In this document: positions 9,462-18,477 of the stretch, piece by piece
Layout: each line of letters starts with the position of its first letter
Numbering within the stretch: the first letter of the stretch is position 1
UHGV virus genome: UHGV-0209859
DNA: 40,710 nucleotides
Source of the DNA: a virus
Reading direction: 5' to 3' (one strand)
Notes under the pieces: model-generated
Told to the model about the DNA's origin: nothing
Database searches by the model: none
What the model saw: only the letters and a program-made list of their open reading frames with translations
Made by a program: the position numbers and the translations under genes

Positions 9462-9509
9462 ATGATAGCACGCAAAAAGCACTACAAACAACAACATTTC
9501 ACAACATTT
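9462..9509 (-). promoter_or_regulatory. Putative activator-dependent late promoter
   Basis: Extended -10 TG-C-TATCAT (9470-9462), no clear -35; direct repeats ACAACATTT at 9491 and 9501 right after the activator gene. Confidence 0.55.
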
Positions 9510-10030
9510 TATACGAAATCTATCTCCAATAATGCTTTATCGTGCAGACGCTGTGCAGAAATAATATCCTTTGCATCATCATCTCCGTAAATTCTAATGG
9601 CCACTTCTCGCCACCTCATAAGGCGGTAACTATCCCCGTCCCCGTCTAAATAGCGCAGTCGCAAAACTTCTCTTTCCATGGGATCACTCAGCGCATGAAC
9701 TGCTGCGTTGATACATGCGATTTCCTTGTCATTGGCAGTGATAAGCGGAGAGATTTCTTTCTCATATTCCAGATACTGCTCTACAGATTTAGCCATCGCA
9801 TCCCCGCCGGAACCGGTATGCTGTGGCATAAGCCATGGTGCGGCTGGATTCGTGATTACCCGGCCGCTTTCACGTCCGGGAGCTCCTGAATCTTTCAAAT
9901 ATTCGTAAGTACGGCCGTGTATCTCAGCTCCGGCTTTCATCCGTGCCAGGCGTTCACGGCGGTTTTCGTTTTCTTTTTTCAGCGACAGATATTTCATCAG
10001 CCGCTCTTTTTTCTCCTCAGCCTCCGTGAT
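9509..10030 (-). CDS. Late transcriptional activator (RinA/ArpU-like, sigma region 4-type HTH)
   Basis: C-terminal EREVLRLRYL...WREVA...QRLHDKAL; last early gene before packaging; start is ATG 9997 or a non-canonical ATC at 10030. Confidence 0.75.
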   Translation of the reverse strand: MTEAEEKKERLMKYLSLKKENENRRERLARMKAGAEIHGRTYEYLKDSGAPGRESGRVITNPAAPWLMPQHTGSGGDAMAKSVEQYLEYEKEISPLITANDKEIACINAAVHALSDPMEREVLRLRYLDGDGDSYRLMRWREVAIRIYGDDDAKDIISAQRLHDKALLEIDFV

Positions 10031-10045
10031 TTTCGCCTCCTCGTG

Positions 10046-10297
10046 CTATTTTTTCAGTATCCAGAATGATTCCCGGTATAGCGGCCGAGTATCCGCATTT
10101 GAGAGCAGCATCAGAGTGGCCCACCCACGTGGCGATATATACTCCACACGGCCTTGACGTGGTAAATTATCGGCCTTGAACTCTGTGTACCCCTTGCGAT
10201 ATGTCATCGCTGGATAAATCACATCTACAACAGCATCTGCAGTTGCATTTTCTATATACGCAACCGGTGGAACCGCCAGCGGGCGAACGGATTTCAT
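10046..10297 (-). CDS. Hypothetical protein
   Basis: GGGAGG RBS, ATG at 10297 overlapping the upstream stop; 83 aa. Confidence 0.6.
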   Translation of the reverse strand: MKSVRPLAVPPVAYIENATADAVVDVIYPAMTYRKGYTEFKADNLPRQGRVEYISPRGWATLMLLSNADTRPLYRESFWILKK

Positions 10298-10386
10298 CGC
10301 CCATCCCTCCCCGCGGCAATGCAGGCCAGCGTGGCCACAACCGCCAGTGCAACAAACAAGACCGCCAGATTTATCAAGATTTGCAT
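10294..10386 (-). CDS. Small single-pass membrane peptide (not in the ORF track)
   Basis: AGGAGG RBS; MQILINLAVLFVALAVVATLACIAAGRDGR; ATGA-coupled to the next gene. Confidence 0.65.
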   Translation of the reverse strand: MQILINLAVLFVALAVVATLACIAAGRDGR

Positions 10387-10397
10387 GGGACGACCTC

Positions 10398-10814
10398 CTA
10401 TTCAATTGTGGAAATCTCAGGGAGCCACATTTTGGGGTTGAAATTCAGCGTGTACTTATACTGGTTGACATCTTTAGATGTGACATCCTCCACTACATAA
10501 GTGACATTGTCGCTCAGGCCGATAAAGTGCTTTTTATATTCTCCGTTTTCGTCTTCGACTACGATTTCCAGCTGATTATCCTCGGTATCCGCCGTGATGC
10601 TCATTTTGCCCGTCATCTGGAACAGGACATCGCCTTGCAGGCAGTTTATTACCGTCACCTGCCGGATATCGTTGAAATTGTCTGCTTGCTGAGACAGATT
10701 GTAGGACACCCGATCTGCTTCGGTAGAGCAGCCGGTCAATGCCATCACAATTAACCATGCCATCATCAATAAGGCTACAACAATTCCATTTTTCATATTT
10801 TTCCTCACTTTCAT
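10398..10814 (-). CDS. Phage lipoprotein
   Basis: Basic N-terminus, hydrophobic stretch, lipobox LTGC, then a beta-rich domain (YKKHFIGLSDNVTYVVE). Confidence 0.75.
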   Translation of the reverse strand: MKVRKNMKNGIVVALLMMAWLIVMALTGCSTEADRVSYNLSQQADNFNDIRQVTVINCLQGDVLFQMTGKMSITADTEDNQLEIVVEDENGEYKKHFIGLSDNVTYVVEDVTSKDVNQYKYTLNFNPKMWLPEISTIE

Positions 10815-11263
10815 TTTGCGGCCTCTTCTCCAATTTCCCACCGCAGTTTCATCTGCGCCGGGCACAAATCCACTTCCGGGCGTCTTTTGCCTGTCCAACG
10901 CAGCCCGCCAGCTTGTCCCACACATTTCCAGCCCGCCGCACGCAGGCTTGTGCCCGGCTCAGTGTCCAAGATATAAGTAATCAACTTGCGATAGCCCATA
11001 GCCCTTACAGCCCGCCACGCCGCCGCGTAAAGCATAGAACAGGCATTGCGGGTTCCATCGGTACAAAGACGATTTACTTCAAGTGTCCATCCATCATCCA
11101 AGTAACGGGCAACCGGGCGACCTACGATGGCTACACCGACAATATTCTCCCCGTCTGTGCATCCAACGGAAAATTTGTGGCCAACAACCGGCTTGTGGTG
11201 GCGGTGATGCTCAGATACGTATTGGTTAGCTTCGGCCAAGGATATAGGCACTATTTCAAGCAT
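10811..11263 (-). CDS. XF1762-family protein (probable Mom-like GNAT fold)
   Basis: Motifs HHRHHKP, GVAIVGRPVAR, LEVNRLCTDG, NACSMLY, LITY, GTSLRAAGW. Confidence 0.7.
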   Translation of the reverse strand: MLEIVPISLAEANQYVSEHHRHHKPVVGHKFSVGCTDGENIVGVAIVGRPVARYLDDGWTLEVNRLCTDGTRNACSMLYAAAWRAVRAMGYRKLITYILDTEPGTSLRAAGWKCVGQAGGLRWTGKRRPEVDLCPAQMKLRWEIGEEAAK

Positions 11264-11603
11264 TGTTTTCGCCCCCCATCGCATCCAGCGCGGCCTCGGC
11301 GGCTTCGCATATCGAAAACAATCCTACTCTTTTACCGCTTTTAGTTGGTTGATTGTGCGCAAATGCAGTCAACGTGATATTCCAATGGTTTGGCTCAAAT
11401 TCCAGCCCATCTCTCAGTAATTTTTTACCGTGCAAACGCGGCAGCACCACAAGCCGCCCCTTTTTCTCCGCCTGCGCCAGTTCCTCCGGCTCAAGCCCCG
11501 TTTCCTCGTAGGCAGCAAGGCGGTCAACCCAGTCTCCACTGTATTCTGTATCGCCAATTTTAAGCCGCCATTTCCCACCGTCAAAGTATGTATATCTTTC
11601 CAT
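11256..11603 (-). CDS. Hypothetical protein
   Basis: GGAGG RBS; RLAAYEETGLEPEE motif common in Clostridia phage early regions. Confidence 0.7.
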   Translation of the reverse strand: MERYTYFDGGKWRLKIGDTEYSGDWVDRLAAYEETGLEPEELAQAEKKGRLVVLPRLHGKKLLRDGLEFEPNHWNITLTAFAHNQPTKSGKRVGLFSICEAAEAALDAMGGENNA

Positions 11604-11613
11604 GTAAATCCTC

Positions 11614-11808
11614 CTACCATCTGCGACCATCAACAGGTTCAAAGCGATTCTGGTCGAGCCAATAATGCGGGCATTCTCGCAATCCGTACAAATAGGCCAG
11701 ATACTCTTTTCCTACATTCGCATTCCCGCATCCAATGCCTCCGCCATATAGGCATGTGGAGCAATTCCGCGGCACTTTTTTAAACTCATGTACTGCTATT
11801 TCTCGCAT
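11614..11808 (-). CDS. Small Cys-rich hypothetical protein
   Basis: GGAGGG RBS; CSTC...C...CPHY; packed in the operon. Confidence 0.65.
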   Translation of the reverse strand: MREIAVHEFKKVPRNCSTCLYGGGIGCGNANVGKEYLAYLYGLRECPHYWLDQNRFEPVDGRRW

Positions 11809-12242
11809 TGTGAACCCTCCCGGCGCTGGCCGTCCCCGAGCATCAGCTGCCCGTGCTGGTACGCCTGATACAGTGTGCGGCCCTTACCATCCGTCATGTA
11901 CGGCAAAAACACTTCGTCCACCTGTACGTTGCCCGCCTCTACAAACGCCATCTGCGCCAGTATCCAATCTCGAATATTCCTCCATGCCGTGCGCTCCGCC
12001 TGTTCGACGTCCGGTCGAATTTTCTGCCGCTCAAAAGCAGCCATAACCCCCGGCGTGTTTGCAGGAAGCTGAAACAGCATCCCGCCTTGCGCGGTTTGCA
12101 AACCAAAAGTAATTCCTACGGGCCGTCCCCGGTCGTCATAATCCACCATGATTTTTCGCGCGCCGTTCCGGGCAAGCGCGCCCTGTATTTCTCCCAGGCT
12201 TTCGAATACGTCTATTTTTGTGGTGTAGTTCTTAATCGGCAT
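11796..12242 (-). CDS. Conserved phage hypothetical protein
   Basis: GGAGG RBS, ATG at 12242 (MPIKNYTT...); QAERTAWRNIRDW and EVFLPY motifs. Confidence 0.75.
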   Translation of the reverse strand: MPIKNYTTKIDVFESLGEIQGALARNGARKIMVDYDDRGRPVGITFGLQTAQGGMLFQLPANTPGVMAAFERQKIRPDVEQAERTAWRNIRDWILAQMAFVEAGNVQVDEVFLPYMTDGKGRTLYQAYQHGQLMLGDGQRREGSQCEK

Positions 12243-12465
12243 ATCCACGCCTCCATTTCTTTCCACCGCAATAAAAAAAGTGTTCTGTAGGGTCCCATTC
12301 GTCGATGAGTGGTTGCACGATAGCACCTGCTGAAGTCTCAAGATCACAAACATGATCTCCATCGCCACAATACAAGAAGTGTTCGCAATTGAAGCAGCTT
12401 TTTGCTACATCCTGTCTTCTCCCAAGTCGCGTGCGTTCTGAGTGGCAACGTTTTTTCTTACTCAT
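12232..12465 (-). CDS. Small Cys-rich hypothetical protein
   Basis: AAGGAG RBS, ATG at 12465; CFNC...C...C...C. Confidence 0.6.
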   Translation of the reverse strand: MSKKKRCHSERTRLGRRQDVAKSCFNCEHFLYCGDGDHVCDLETSAGAIVQPLIDEWDPTEHFFYCGGKKWRRGYAD

Positions 12466-12634
12466 GGTCGGGATGCTCCTTCCGCACGACTTCGACGATA
12501 TAATCGCCCGAAGTATTCCCGGGCTCACATTGGATAATCGTTGCGCAAATGTCCTCCTGAAGACGATTTACATCGCGGTTTATATACTTCGTACCCCAAA
12601 TTTCGATTACGCTATCTTCTCTGGATTTAACCAT
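12458..12634 (-). CDS. Hypothetical protein (58 aa, not in the ORF track)
   Basis: GGAGGG RBS; MVKSREDSVIEIWGTKY...; fills the gap between rusA and the next gene with overlaps. Confidence 0.6.
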   Translation of the reverse strand: MVKSREDSVIEIWGTKYINRDVNRLQEDICATIIQCEPGNTSGDYIVEVVRKEHPDHE

Positions 12635-13085
12635 GATGTAATCCCTCCACTACTTCCTCCTCTGGTTCGAGATCCCCTGATACACGCACCACCAGACGCT
12701 CCGGACTTCCGTACCGCTTAGCCACGCGCAGCTCTACGATGGCACTGTCATCGCGGTAGGCTACACCGTTCAATGCATCGGCTACAGCTTTCACGATATT
12801 ATCCATGTCCGGCTTACATGTGGGACGGAGGATATTCTGGCTACACAATGCAGCCTTTTTCTTCGGATAGGATTTGGGTATTGCAAAATATGCATTTACC
12901 TCCAAGATAATCGGCGGCACGAAGCGAACACCGGCATGTCTCTGCTGGTAACAGAGCATGATTTTGTTTTCATACGAAGCCGTGCCGGCGGGGGTGTACA
13001 TGCGGGCATGTCCGCCCACAACACTGGCCCGGGGGCGCCCTTTGCCCTGTGGTTTTCCCGGGACCTCAAAAATTACTCTTTCCAT
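12627..13085 (-). CDS. rusA: RusA-family Holliday junction resolvase
   Basis: PQGKGRPR N-terminus; KPDMDNIVKAVADALNGVAYRDD catalytic motif. Confidence 0.9.
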   Translation of the reverse strand: MERVIFEVPGKPQGKGRPRASVVGGHARMYTPAGTASYENKIMLCYQQRHAGVRFVPPIILEVNAYFAIPKSYPKKKAALCSQNILRPTCKPDMDNIVKAVADALNGVAYRDDSAIVELRVAKRYGSPERLVVRVSGDLEPEEEVVEGLHHG

Positions 13086-13136
13086 ACTGTCCTCCTTGAC
13101 GATACCCGCCCGGTGGTTGGCCGGGCGGGCGCTGTA

Positions 13137-13826
13137 TTATATCTTTCCGGGGCGGCGATCAGGCTGGTGACGCTGCGATTCAATGCTGCTCACGATGTAA
13201 TCGGGAGAACTGCATCCTTTTTCGTAGGCGATGGATATAGCGTCCAGGACCATTCCCAGCTCCATACCATCGGCGGCAGCAAGGACCTTTCGTTCCTGCT
13301 CGGGCTTTATGTCCTTCACCACCTCACGGCAAAAGGCGACGATCTCCCGTTCTCTCTCTGACCAACCATCGTCGAATCCGTCGTCGTTCGCGTATGCGTG
13401 CGCGTGCGCGCGTATACGACGATTGTTATTGTTATTGTCTTTGTTATTGTATTTGTCTTTGTATAGCTGGATTTGCTGGTCGGTGCTGGATTTGCTGGAA
13501 AGTGCTGGTTTTTTGCTGGCTTTTTGCTGGACAAAGCGTCCGCTTTCGTCTTTTTCTGCGGATGCAGCTCTGATGCGTCCGGCCTCCCGGCGCTTTTCAA
13601 CAATTTCCTGCCGGCGGATTTCAGCGCGCATCGAATTGTCTGCGATAAAAGAAAATGCCATATATACGTTCCCATCCTTTGGGAAATCGGGCTGAGTACC
13701 ATCGCGGCCATACACCAGCAGCGCCATAACCAGAGCGCCGACCTGTTCCAGAGACAGCAGCCCAAGCTGCTCGATGTACGAATAATACATCGGGATGTAT
13801 TTTGATTTTTCGGCGTCGTCCGGCAT
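13137..13826 (-). CDS. Replication initiator protein (DUF6291-like N-terminus, DnaD-like C-terminus)
   Basis: LLSLEQVGALVMALLVY...AFSFI...KRREAG N-terminus, low-complexity repeat linker, C-terminal DAI...SPDYIVS. Confidence 0.7.
   Translation of the reverse strand: MPDDAEKSKYIPMYYSYIEQLGLLSLEQVGALVMALLVYGRDGTQPDFPKDGNVYMAFSFIADNSMRAEIRRQEIVEKRREAGRIRAASAEKDESGRFVQQKASKKPALSSKSSTDQQIQLYKDKYNNKDNNNNNRRIRAHAHAYANDDGFDDGWSEREREIVAFCREVVKDIKPEQERKVLAAADGMELGMVLDAISIAYEKGCSSPDYIVSSIESQRHQPDRRPGKI
13420..13530. promoter_or_regulatory. Putative replication origin (iterons plus AT-rich tract) within the initiator gene
   Basis: Seven GCTGG cores at 13466, 13475, 13485, 13494, 13504, 13515 and 13526 next to a TTGTTATTG-type AT-rich repeat tract. 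Confidence 0.6.
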
Positions 13827-13840
13827 TGTTCGTCCTCGCT

Positions 13841-14380
13841 TTACTCGTTATCGTTGCCGCTGGCGGAATCGTCCGATGCATCCGCCTGTGCGGCCGTAGG
13901 AGCGCTGTTTCCATCGGCTTCGACATTCTCATCGGCAAGAATTTCCCCGTCTCCTATGGCCTCAAATTCGGGGTCCTGCGCGATGCTGTCATTCGTGCCG
14001 CCGCCTTGCATTTTATTCGCTAACTTTTTTGATTCCGACAAATTGATAAACACTACCTTCATCCAGAGTGCGCTTATTTTTTTGCAAATCCTCCGAAAAC
14101 TCATAAGGAGACTGTCTTTTATAACAAGACCGCCGCCTTTCCCGAAATCCTCTGTAAGGTCGCCATCGTTAAAAACAAACGAAATCGAGCAATCGCGTGA
14201 ATTGTATCCCACGGGATTATCCAGCATGCTGATTTGCCCATCCATGCTGGTATCTGGGCTAATGATGATTCTTACCGGATACTTGTCCCGAAGAAATTTA
14301 TACGTAAACCCATTTTCGTCGCAGACATTCTCTAATTTTTTCAGTTGGGCGTCCAACTGATCGTGCTCAATGTATGCCAT
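13841..14380 (-). CDS. Hypothetical protein with acidic tail
   Basis: GAGGAGG RBS, ATG at 14380; 179 aa. Confidence 0.75.
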   Translation of the reverse strand: MAYIEHDQLDAQLKKLENVCDENGFTYKFLRDKYPVRIIISPDTSMDGQISMLDNPVGYNSRDCSISFVFNDGDLTEDFGKGGGLVIKDSLLMSFRRICKKISALWMKVVFINLSESKKLANKMQGGGTNDSIAQDPEFEAIGDGEILADENVEADGNSAPTAAQADASDDSASGNDNE

Positions 14381-14381
14381 A

Positions 14382-15086
14382 TTATATTTCCTCCTCTGCA
14401 ATGATGATTCTTTTTCCGGTGGCCGCGGCGACGGCCCGGCGCATAGCGTCGGGGTCGCCGTGCCTGCGGCTTATATGGAGCAATCGGATGTCCTGCACGC
14501 GGCTCAAGTCCTGGTGTGTCAGAAAAGCGATACACTCCTGTAAACTCAGGTGGTTGTCGATTACGCGCTGTGCTTGATATACGTTGGTATCCACCATGCT
14601 TTCGGCGCCCATGTGGTTGCACTCAATCAGGATGTGGTCGAGTGGAGGGAAAACATATTCAGCTCGGCTTGTGTCCGTCAAAAAAACCAGTCGCTCACCA
14701 GTGTGAACGGATTCCAGTAACCACCCCAATGGCTCGGCGGCATCGTGATACATGGAAAAGGGCAGCACGGCGATGGTGCCGATATCGAAGCGATGGATAT
14801 GCCAAATTTTTGAATTGCAACCGGCGGCTCCGAAGATTCCAAGCTTGGCGGCCGTCCCATCGCTGCAGTAAACTGGGATGCCGCGTGCCATCACGTCGTG
14901 AACCGCCCGTGCATGGTCTCCATGCTCGTGTGTGATGAGACAGGCATCTACCCGGGAGAGCGTGAACCGGCTGCGTCGCATCAGCTCACGCATTGAGATA
15001 CCGCATTCCAACAGGAGCGTGGTGGTTCCATCGCCCACCAGATATGCATTGCCTGTGCTGCCGCTGGCCAGGGTCTTTATTTCCAT
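14382..15086 (-). CDS. Metallo-beta-lactamase-fold nuclease
   Basis: LASGSTGN, THEHGDH, HDA and LHIS motifs. Confidence 0.88.
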   Translation of the reverse strand: MEIKTLASGSTGNAYLVGDGTTTLLLECGISMRELMRRSRFTLSRVDACLITHEHGDHARAVHDVMARGIPVYCSDGTAAKLGIFGAAGCNSKIWHIHRFDIGTIAVLPFSMYHDAAEPLGWLLESVHTGERLVFLTDTSRAEYVFPPLDHILIECNHMGAESMVDTNVYQAQRVIDNHLSLQECIAFLTHQDLSRVQDIRLLHISRRHGDPDAMRRAVAAATGKRIIIAEEEI

Positions 15087-15098
15087 ACAGCCTCACCG

Positions 15099-16199
15099 TT
15101 AAAACGGAGCAGCGGTAACGGGCGGAGCCGCCGGGGCCGCCTGCTCTACTTTGCTGGCTGGCTCCACTGGTGCAGGTGCAGGCTCGGAGTGGGGCGGCGC
15201 CGCAGATGGCATTTCTACTTCCTGCGGGCCGGATGGGAGAGCATCCATATCAGGAATTTCACGATATTCGGCGTCGATGGTGTTGTCGGATTCCGATACC
15301 GCCATGCTTTTGTAGTAGGCGGACAAGGAAAGTTCATTTGCAAAATCCTTTGGGATAGGCTTGACCGCATTGTTGCGCATTTTGCGCAAAATCATCCGCT
15401 CACGGCTCCCCTCCATCCAAGCGGGGGAAATGTATGGCTTCAGTTCAGAAATGTCGAGGATCTCGTCGATGTCCTTTCCATCCATCAGAGCTTTCAGTTC
15501 GGACTTACGCGCATCAATTTGCTGTTTCTGCTGTAGCGTGGCCTTGTAACGGCTTTCTGCAATGCCGAAGGTTTCGTTCATCATGTTGTTGTTGATATGG
15601 GCGACCAAGTTCGCACGGACTTCAGCGCGCTCACTGATGAAATAGCGCACGGTGCCGTCCGTGAAGCGTACAGGATAGACGACGCGGGCATATTTTCCAG
15701 TGCCGCAGCGTTTCCAGGTGGGCGGCTCTACGTCGATTCCGTGGTGTACGGGATAAGTAAATTCATCATCTACATGAACATCCCAGTATGGATATACCTC
15801 TTCGACGCCATGGCCAAAGTTTCTCAGAATGACGTCGTTGCCATCTCCCTCAATGCCCATTTCGATGGAGGTTGTCCAGTTCCCATCCGGCTGCTTTTTC
15901 TTGCGCGTCTGGAAATAACATTCCCGCGGTCTCGAAAATGCGTTCAAGCGGAGCGTAGCCACCTGCTGCAAAATTTGCATGATTTCACTTTTTTGAAGCG
16001 CGGAGATTCCCTCAAGGCCCGCTCCAACGGCTGTTTCGTGCATCATTGTCAGCGCGTTTTCCATGCATAGATGTTGATAAAGGTCCACCGAGCCACCATT
16101 GGAAATCTGTTTCTCCACCAATGGGATGTATGCGGCCCCTGTTTTCTGCACGATAGTACGATAATCCGGCATTTTTGCGATTCCGTTATTTTCCGCCAT
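15099..16199 (-). CDS. RecT-like single-strand annealing protein
   Basis: LRLNA...ECYF and ERMILRKMRNNAVK motifs; between an SbcC-like ATPase and an MBL nuclease. Confidence 0.65.
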   Translation of the reverse strand: MAENNGIAKMPDYRTIVQKTGAAYIPLVEKQISNGGSVDLYQHLCMENALTMMHETAVGAGLEGISALQKSEIMQILQQVATLRLNAFSRPRECYFQTRKKKQPDGNWTTSIEMGIEGDGNDVILRNFGHGVEEVYPYWDVHVDDEFTYPVHHGIDVEPPTWKRCGTGKYARVVYPVRFTDGTVRYFISERAEVRANLVAHINNNMMNETFGIAESRYKATLQQKQQIDARKSELKALMDGKDIDEILDISELKPYISPAWMEGSRERMILRKMRNNAVKPIPKDFANELSLSAYYKSMAVSESDNTIDAEYREIPDMDALPSGPQEVEMPSAAPPHSEPAPAPVEPASKVEQAAPAAPPVTAAPF

Positions 16200-16205
16200 A
16201 ATATT

Positions 16206-18164
16206 TTAATCCCCTTTCAGCCCCAGTTTTTCGCCGGGGATCACATTCAAATTGATGACCTGCATTTCATCCGGCAGCGTTAAATCGGTAACGCTCTCCC
16301 GGTTATCCAGGAACAGCGGCAGCGAAATGTCCGCCGCCCGGCTGAATGCCTGCACGATTTCCACGTTCGCCTGCATTTTGGACGCGGTATTCAGAGCGCC
16401 GTAAGGAACGCCGTCCACCATTGCCTCGCAGACCTCTCGCAGACCGCCGTTTTTCTGCTGCTCAAACAGTTTGAAGCGCACCGTGGGAAAATGCTTGTTG
16501 ACGCGCTCGGTCAGAAGTGTCACCAGCGTGCGGGTATATTCCTCGCACATAGACAGCCCGCGCTCCGCTTCCTCCAATTGATGAAGAGTGTCACGCTGTT
16601 CTGCTTCAAGCTCATGGATACGGGTTTCGAGAGCCGCATTGCGTTCGATTTCCGCCAGCCGTGAGGTCATTGCATCGGATTGAGCCTGCATGTCTGCCAG
16701 TTTCTGGCGCTTTTCCTGAACAACCTGTTCGGCCGCCTGGGCGCTGGCCTGGATTGCCTGCCGCAATTCTTCAGCTCTGGCTTTCAGCTCCTTTTCCTCC
16801 GCATCCAGTTCCGCGAAAAGTCCCATCTGTGTTACAGGAGGCTTTTCCGCGATCACCATATCATAGGCTGCGGTTGCCGCCTTGGCTGCACGCTCACATG
16901 TATCCAGGTCCTCACGCAAACGCGCCGATTTTTTCTCCATTTTCTCGACGTCCTGAGCAGCTTTGGCACCCTTGGCCGCGATATCCGACAACCGTTCAGA
17001 TTTGGAAACGTTAAAATTCTCCTGCGCCTCCTGCACCAGTTCCGCAGGCAATGCCTGTCCGCAGGTCGGGCATGTCTGCGCAATGTCAGGCACGGTCCTG
17101 TTCACTTCCACCCATTCAACCCGCAGACGGTCACGTTCAGCAGCCAGGAGGTCCCGCTCCCGATTCAGCGAGCGAAGTTCCGCAGCAAGTGTTTCCACCC
17201 GGCACATTGCATTTTGTTTTCCACGGGCAGCGTCATCAATACGACGGTTGTGCTCTTCCAGCCATCCCGCATTACTGGACGATTCCAACACACGACGCTT
17301 ATTGGGGATCATCTCCAAATACTGCTGTACTTTTTCGAGTTCCTGCTGGTTATGCCGCTGTACAGCGTCCGCCGTCGTGTGCTCAATCTCATACTGCAGT
17401 TTGGCGATTTCAACATTGAGCTTGCTGCGCTCGTTTTTGACGGCCCTGGCATCGGATACGGGGTGCAGTTGCTTTCGGTTTTCGTCGATGCGCGCGGGTA
17501 ATGCCGACAGGGAATCCTTATACCGCTTACGGCGTTCTGTGCAGATTCGGGAAAATTCATCCACGGAATGCGTCCCCAGCATGCTTTCCAGGTCGGAAAG
17601 CTCTGGATTGGCAGTAAATACGTCCGCCGGCTGCAGGCTGCCGAACTGCTCCAGCAGAAGGCGCCGCCGCTCTTTATAGTCCTTTGTCTGCTCCGAGAAC
17701 CAGACTGCATTGAGCAGCAGCGGAAGCAACTTTTCCGGGAACACACCAAAAATGGCGGAGCTATATTCCCCTGCACTCACGGGAACTTCGTCGATGAAAT
17801 AGCGCGTCTCGTCGCCGTTATATTCCGTCTCGGCGCTTCCTCGACGTTTCGTCCAGCGTTCGCATATGGAACGCTGCAGAATGAGCGTGTGCCCGTCCGG
17901 CATTGAGAGAGTAGCTGTCACCGTAGGGCTGCAGCCGGACAGGCGGTTCCCATCTGTTCCCAGCGGAAACACGTTGTAATTTTCACGGCCTTGTGCGTCC
18001 TTACCGGTCAAGAGCCAGAGAAAAGCAGCCATCAACGTGCTTTTTCCCGTCCCATTGCCCCCCTGTACTGTGGCGCTGCGCCCGTCGGGAGTAAGTACAA
18101 AATTCTTTATGCCGCGAAAATTTTCGACATACAGCTTCAGCAGTTTCACAACTTTCAACATCAT
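16206..18164 (-). CDS. SbcC/Rad50-like AAA ATPase
   Basis: ENFRGI, Walker A GGNGTGKST, coiled coils with CPTCGQ zinc hook, LNTA signature, LFLDNRE Walker B. Confidence 0.88.
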   Translation of the reverse strand: MMLKVVKLLKLYVENFRGIKNFVLTPDGRSATVQGGNGTGKSTLMAAFLWLLTGKDAQGRENYNVFPLGTDGNRLSGCSPTVTATLSMPDGHTLILQRSICERWTKRRGSAETEYNGDETRYFIDEVPVSAGEYSSAIFGVFPEKLLPLLLNAVWFSEQTKDYKERRRLLLEQFGSLQPADVFTANPELSDLESMLGTHSVDEFSRICTERRKRYKDSLSALPARIDENRKQLHPVSDARAVKNERSKLNVEIAKLQYEIEHTTADAVQRHNQQELEKVQQYLEMIPNKRRVLESSSNAGWLEEHNRRIDDAARGKQNAMCRVETLAAELRSLNRERDLLAAERDRLRVEWVEVNRTVPDIAQTCPTCGQALPAELVQEAQENFNVSKSERLSDIAAKGAKAAQDVEKMEKKSARLREDLDTCERAAKAATAAYDMVIAEKPPVTQMGLFAELDAEEKELKARAEELRQAIQASAQAAEQVVQEKRQKLADMQAQSDAMTSRLAEIERNAALETRIHELEAEQRDTLHQLEEAERGLSMCEEYTRTLVTLLTERVNKHFPTVRFKLFEQQKNGGLREVCEAMVDGVPYGALNTASKMQANVEIVQAFSRAADISLPLFLDNRESVTDLTLPDEMQVINLNVIPGEKLGLKGD

Positions 18165-18174
18165 TCACCCCTTT

Positions 18175-18477
18175 TCAACCAAGCGTCATTTGCGTGACCG
18201 CTTGAGGACGTGGCTGAGGAACCTTATCCGGCGGCAGCGGGCCGTCGGTGATGTGTTTCAGCAGCGGGCGGATTTTCGGATCAATCGTGTGTTCCTGCAC
18301 GTCCACCGCCACGACTTTGGCCAAAGTACCGCCCAGGCGTGTGTCTGCATAGACGATATCGTCCACAGCAAGCCTTTTGTCCGCAATATACGTATATTCA
18401 CGACCGCTGTATATGCCGGGCTGGCTTCGGTCAGCGAGCTGCACAGCGACATAATTTGTTTTGATAATAGTGCTCAT
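18175..18477 (-). CDS. Hypothetical protein
   Basis: GAGGAGG RBS; YSGREYTY motif; coupled to the upstream gene. Confidence 0.75.
   Translation of the reverse strand: MSTIIKTNYVAVQLADRSQPGIYSGREYTYIADKRLAVDDIVYADTRLGGTLAKVVAVDVQEHTIDPKIRPLLKHITDGPLPPDKVPQPRPQAVTQMTLG

Noticed and set aside
9425..9462. Minus-strand AAACCGTCGAAAAGCGAGACGAAAGCC resembles a c-di-GMP-I riboswitch
   Set aside because: It lacks the GGCAAA start and the GGGACGCAAAGC core, the P2/P3 pairing does not form, and it overlaps the predicted transcription start
13105..13129. GC hairpin CCCGCCCGG / CCGGGCGGG between the initiator and rusA as a terminator
   Set aside because: No U-tract on either strand; function unsupported
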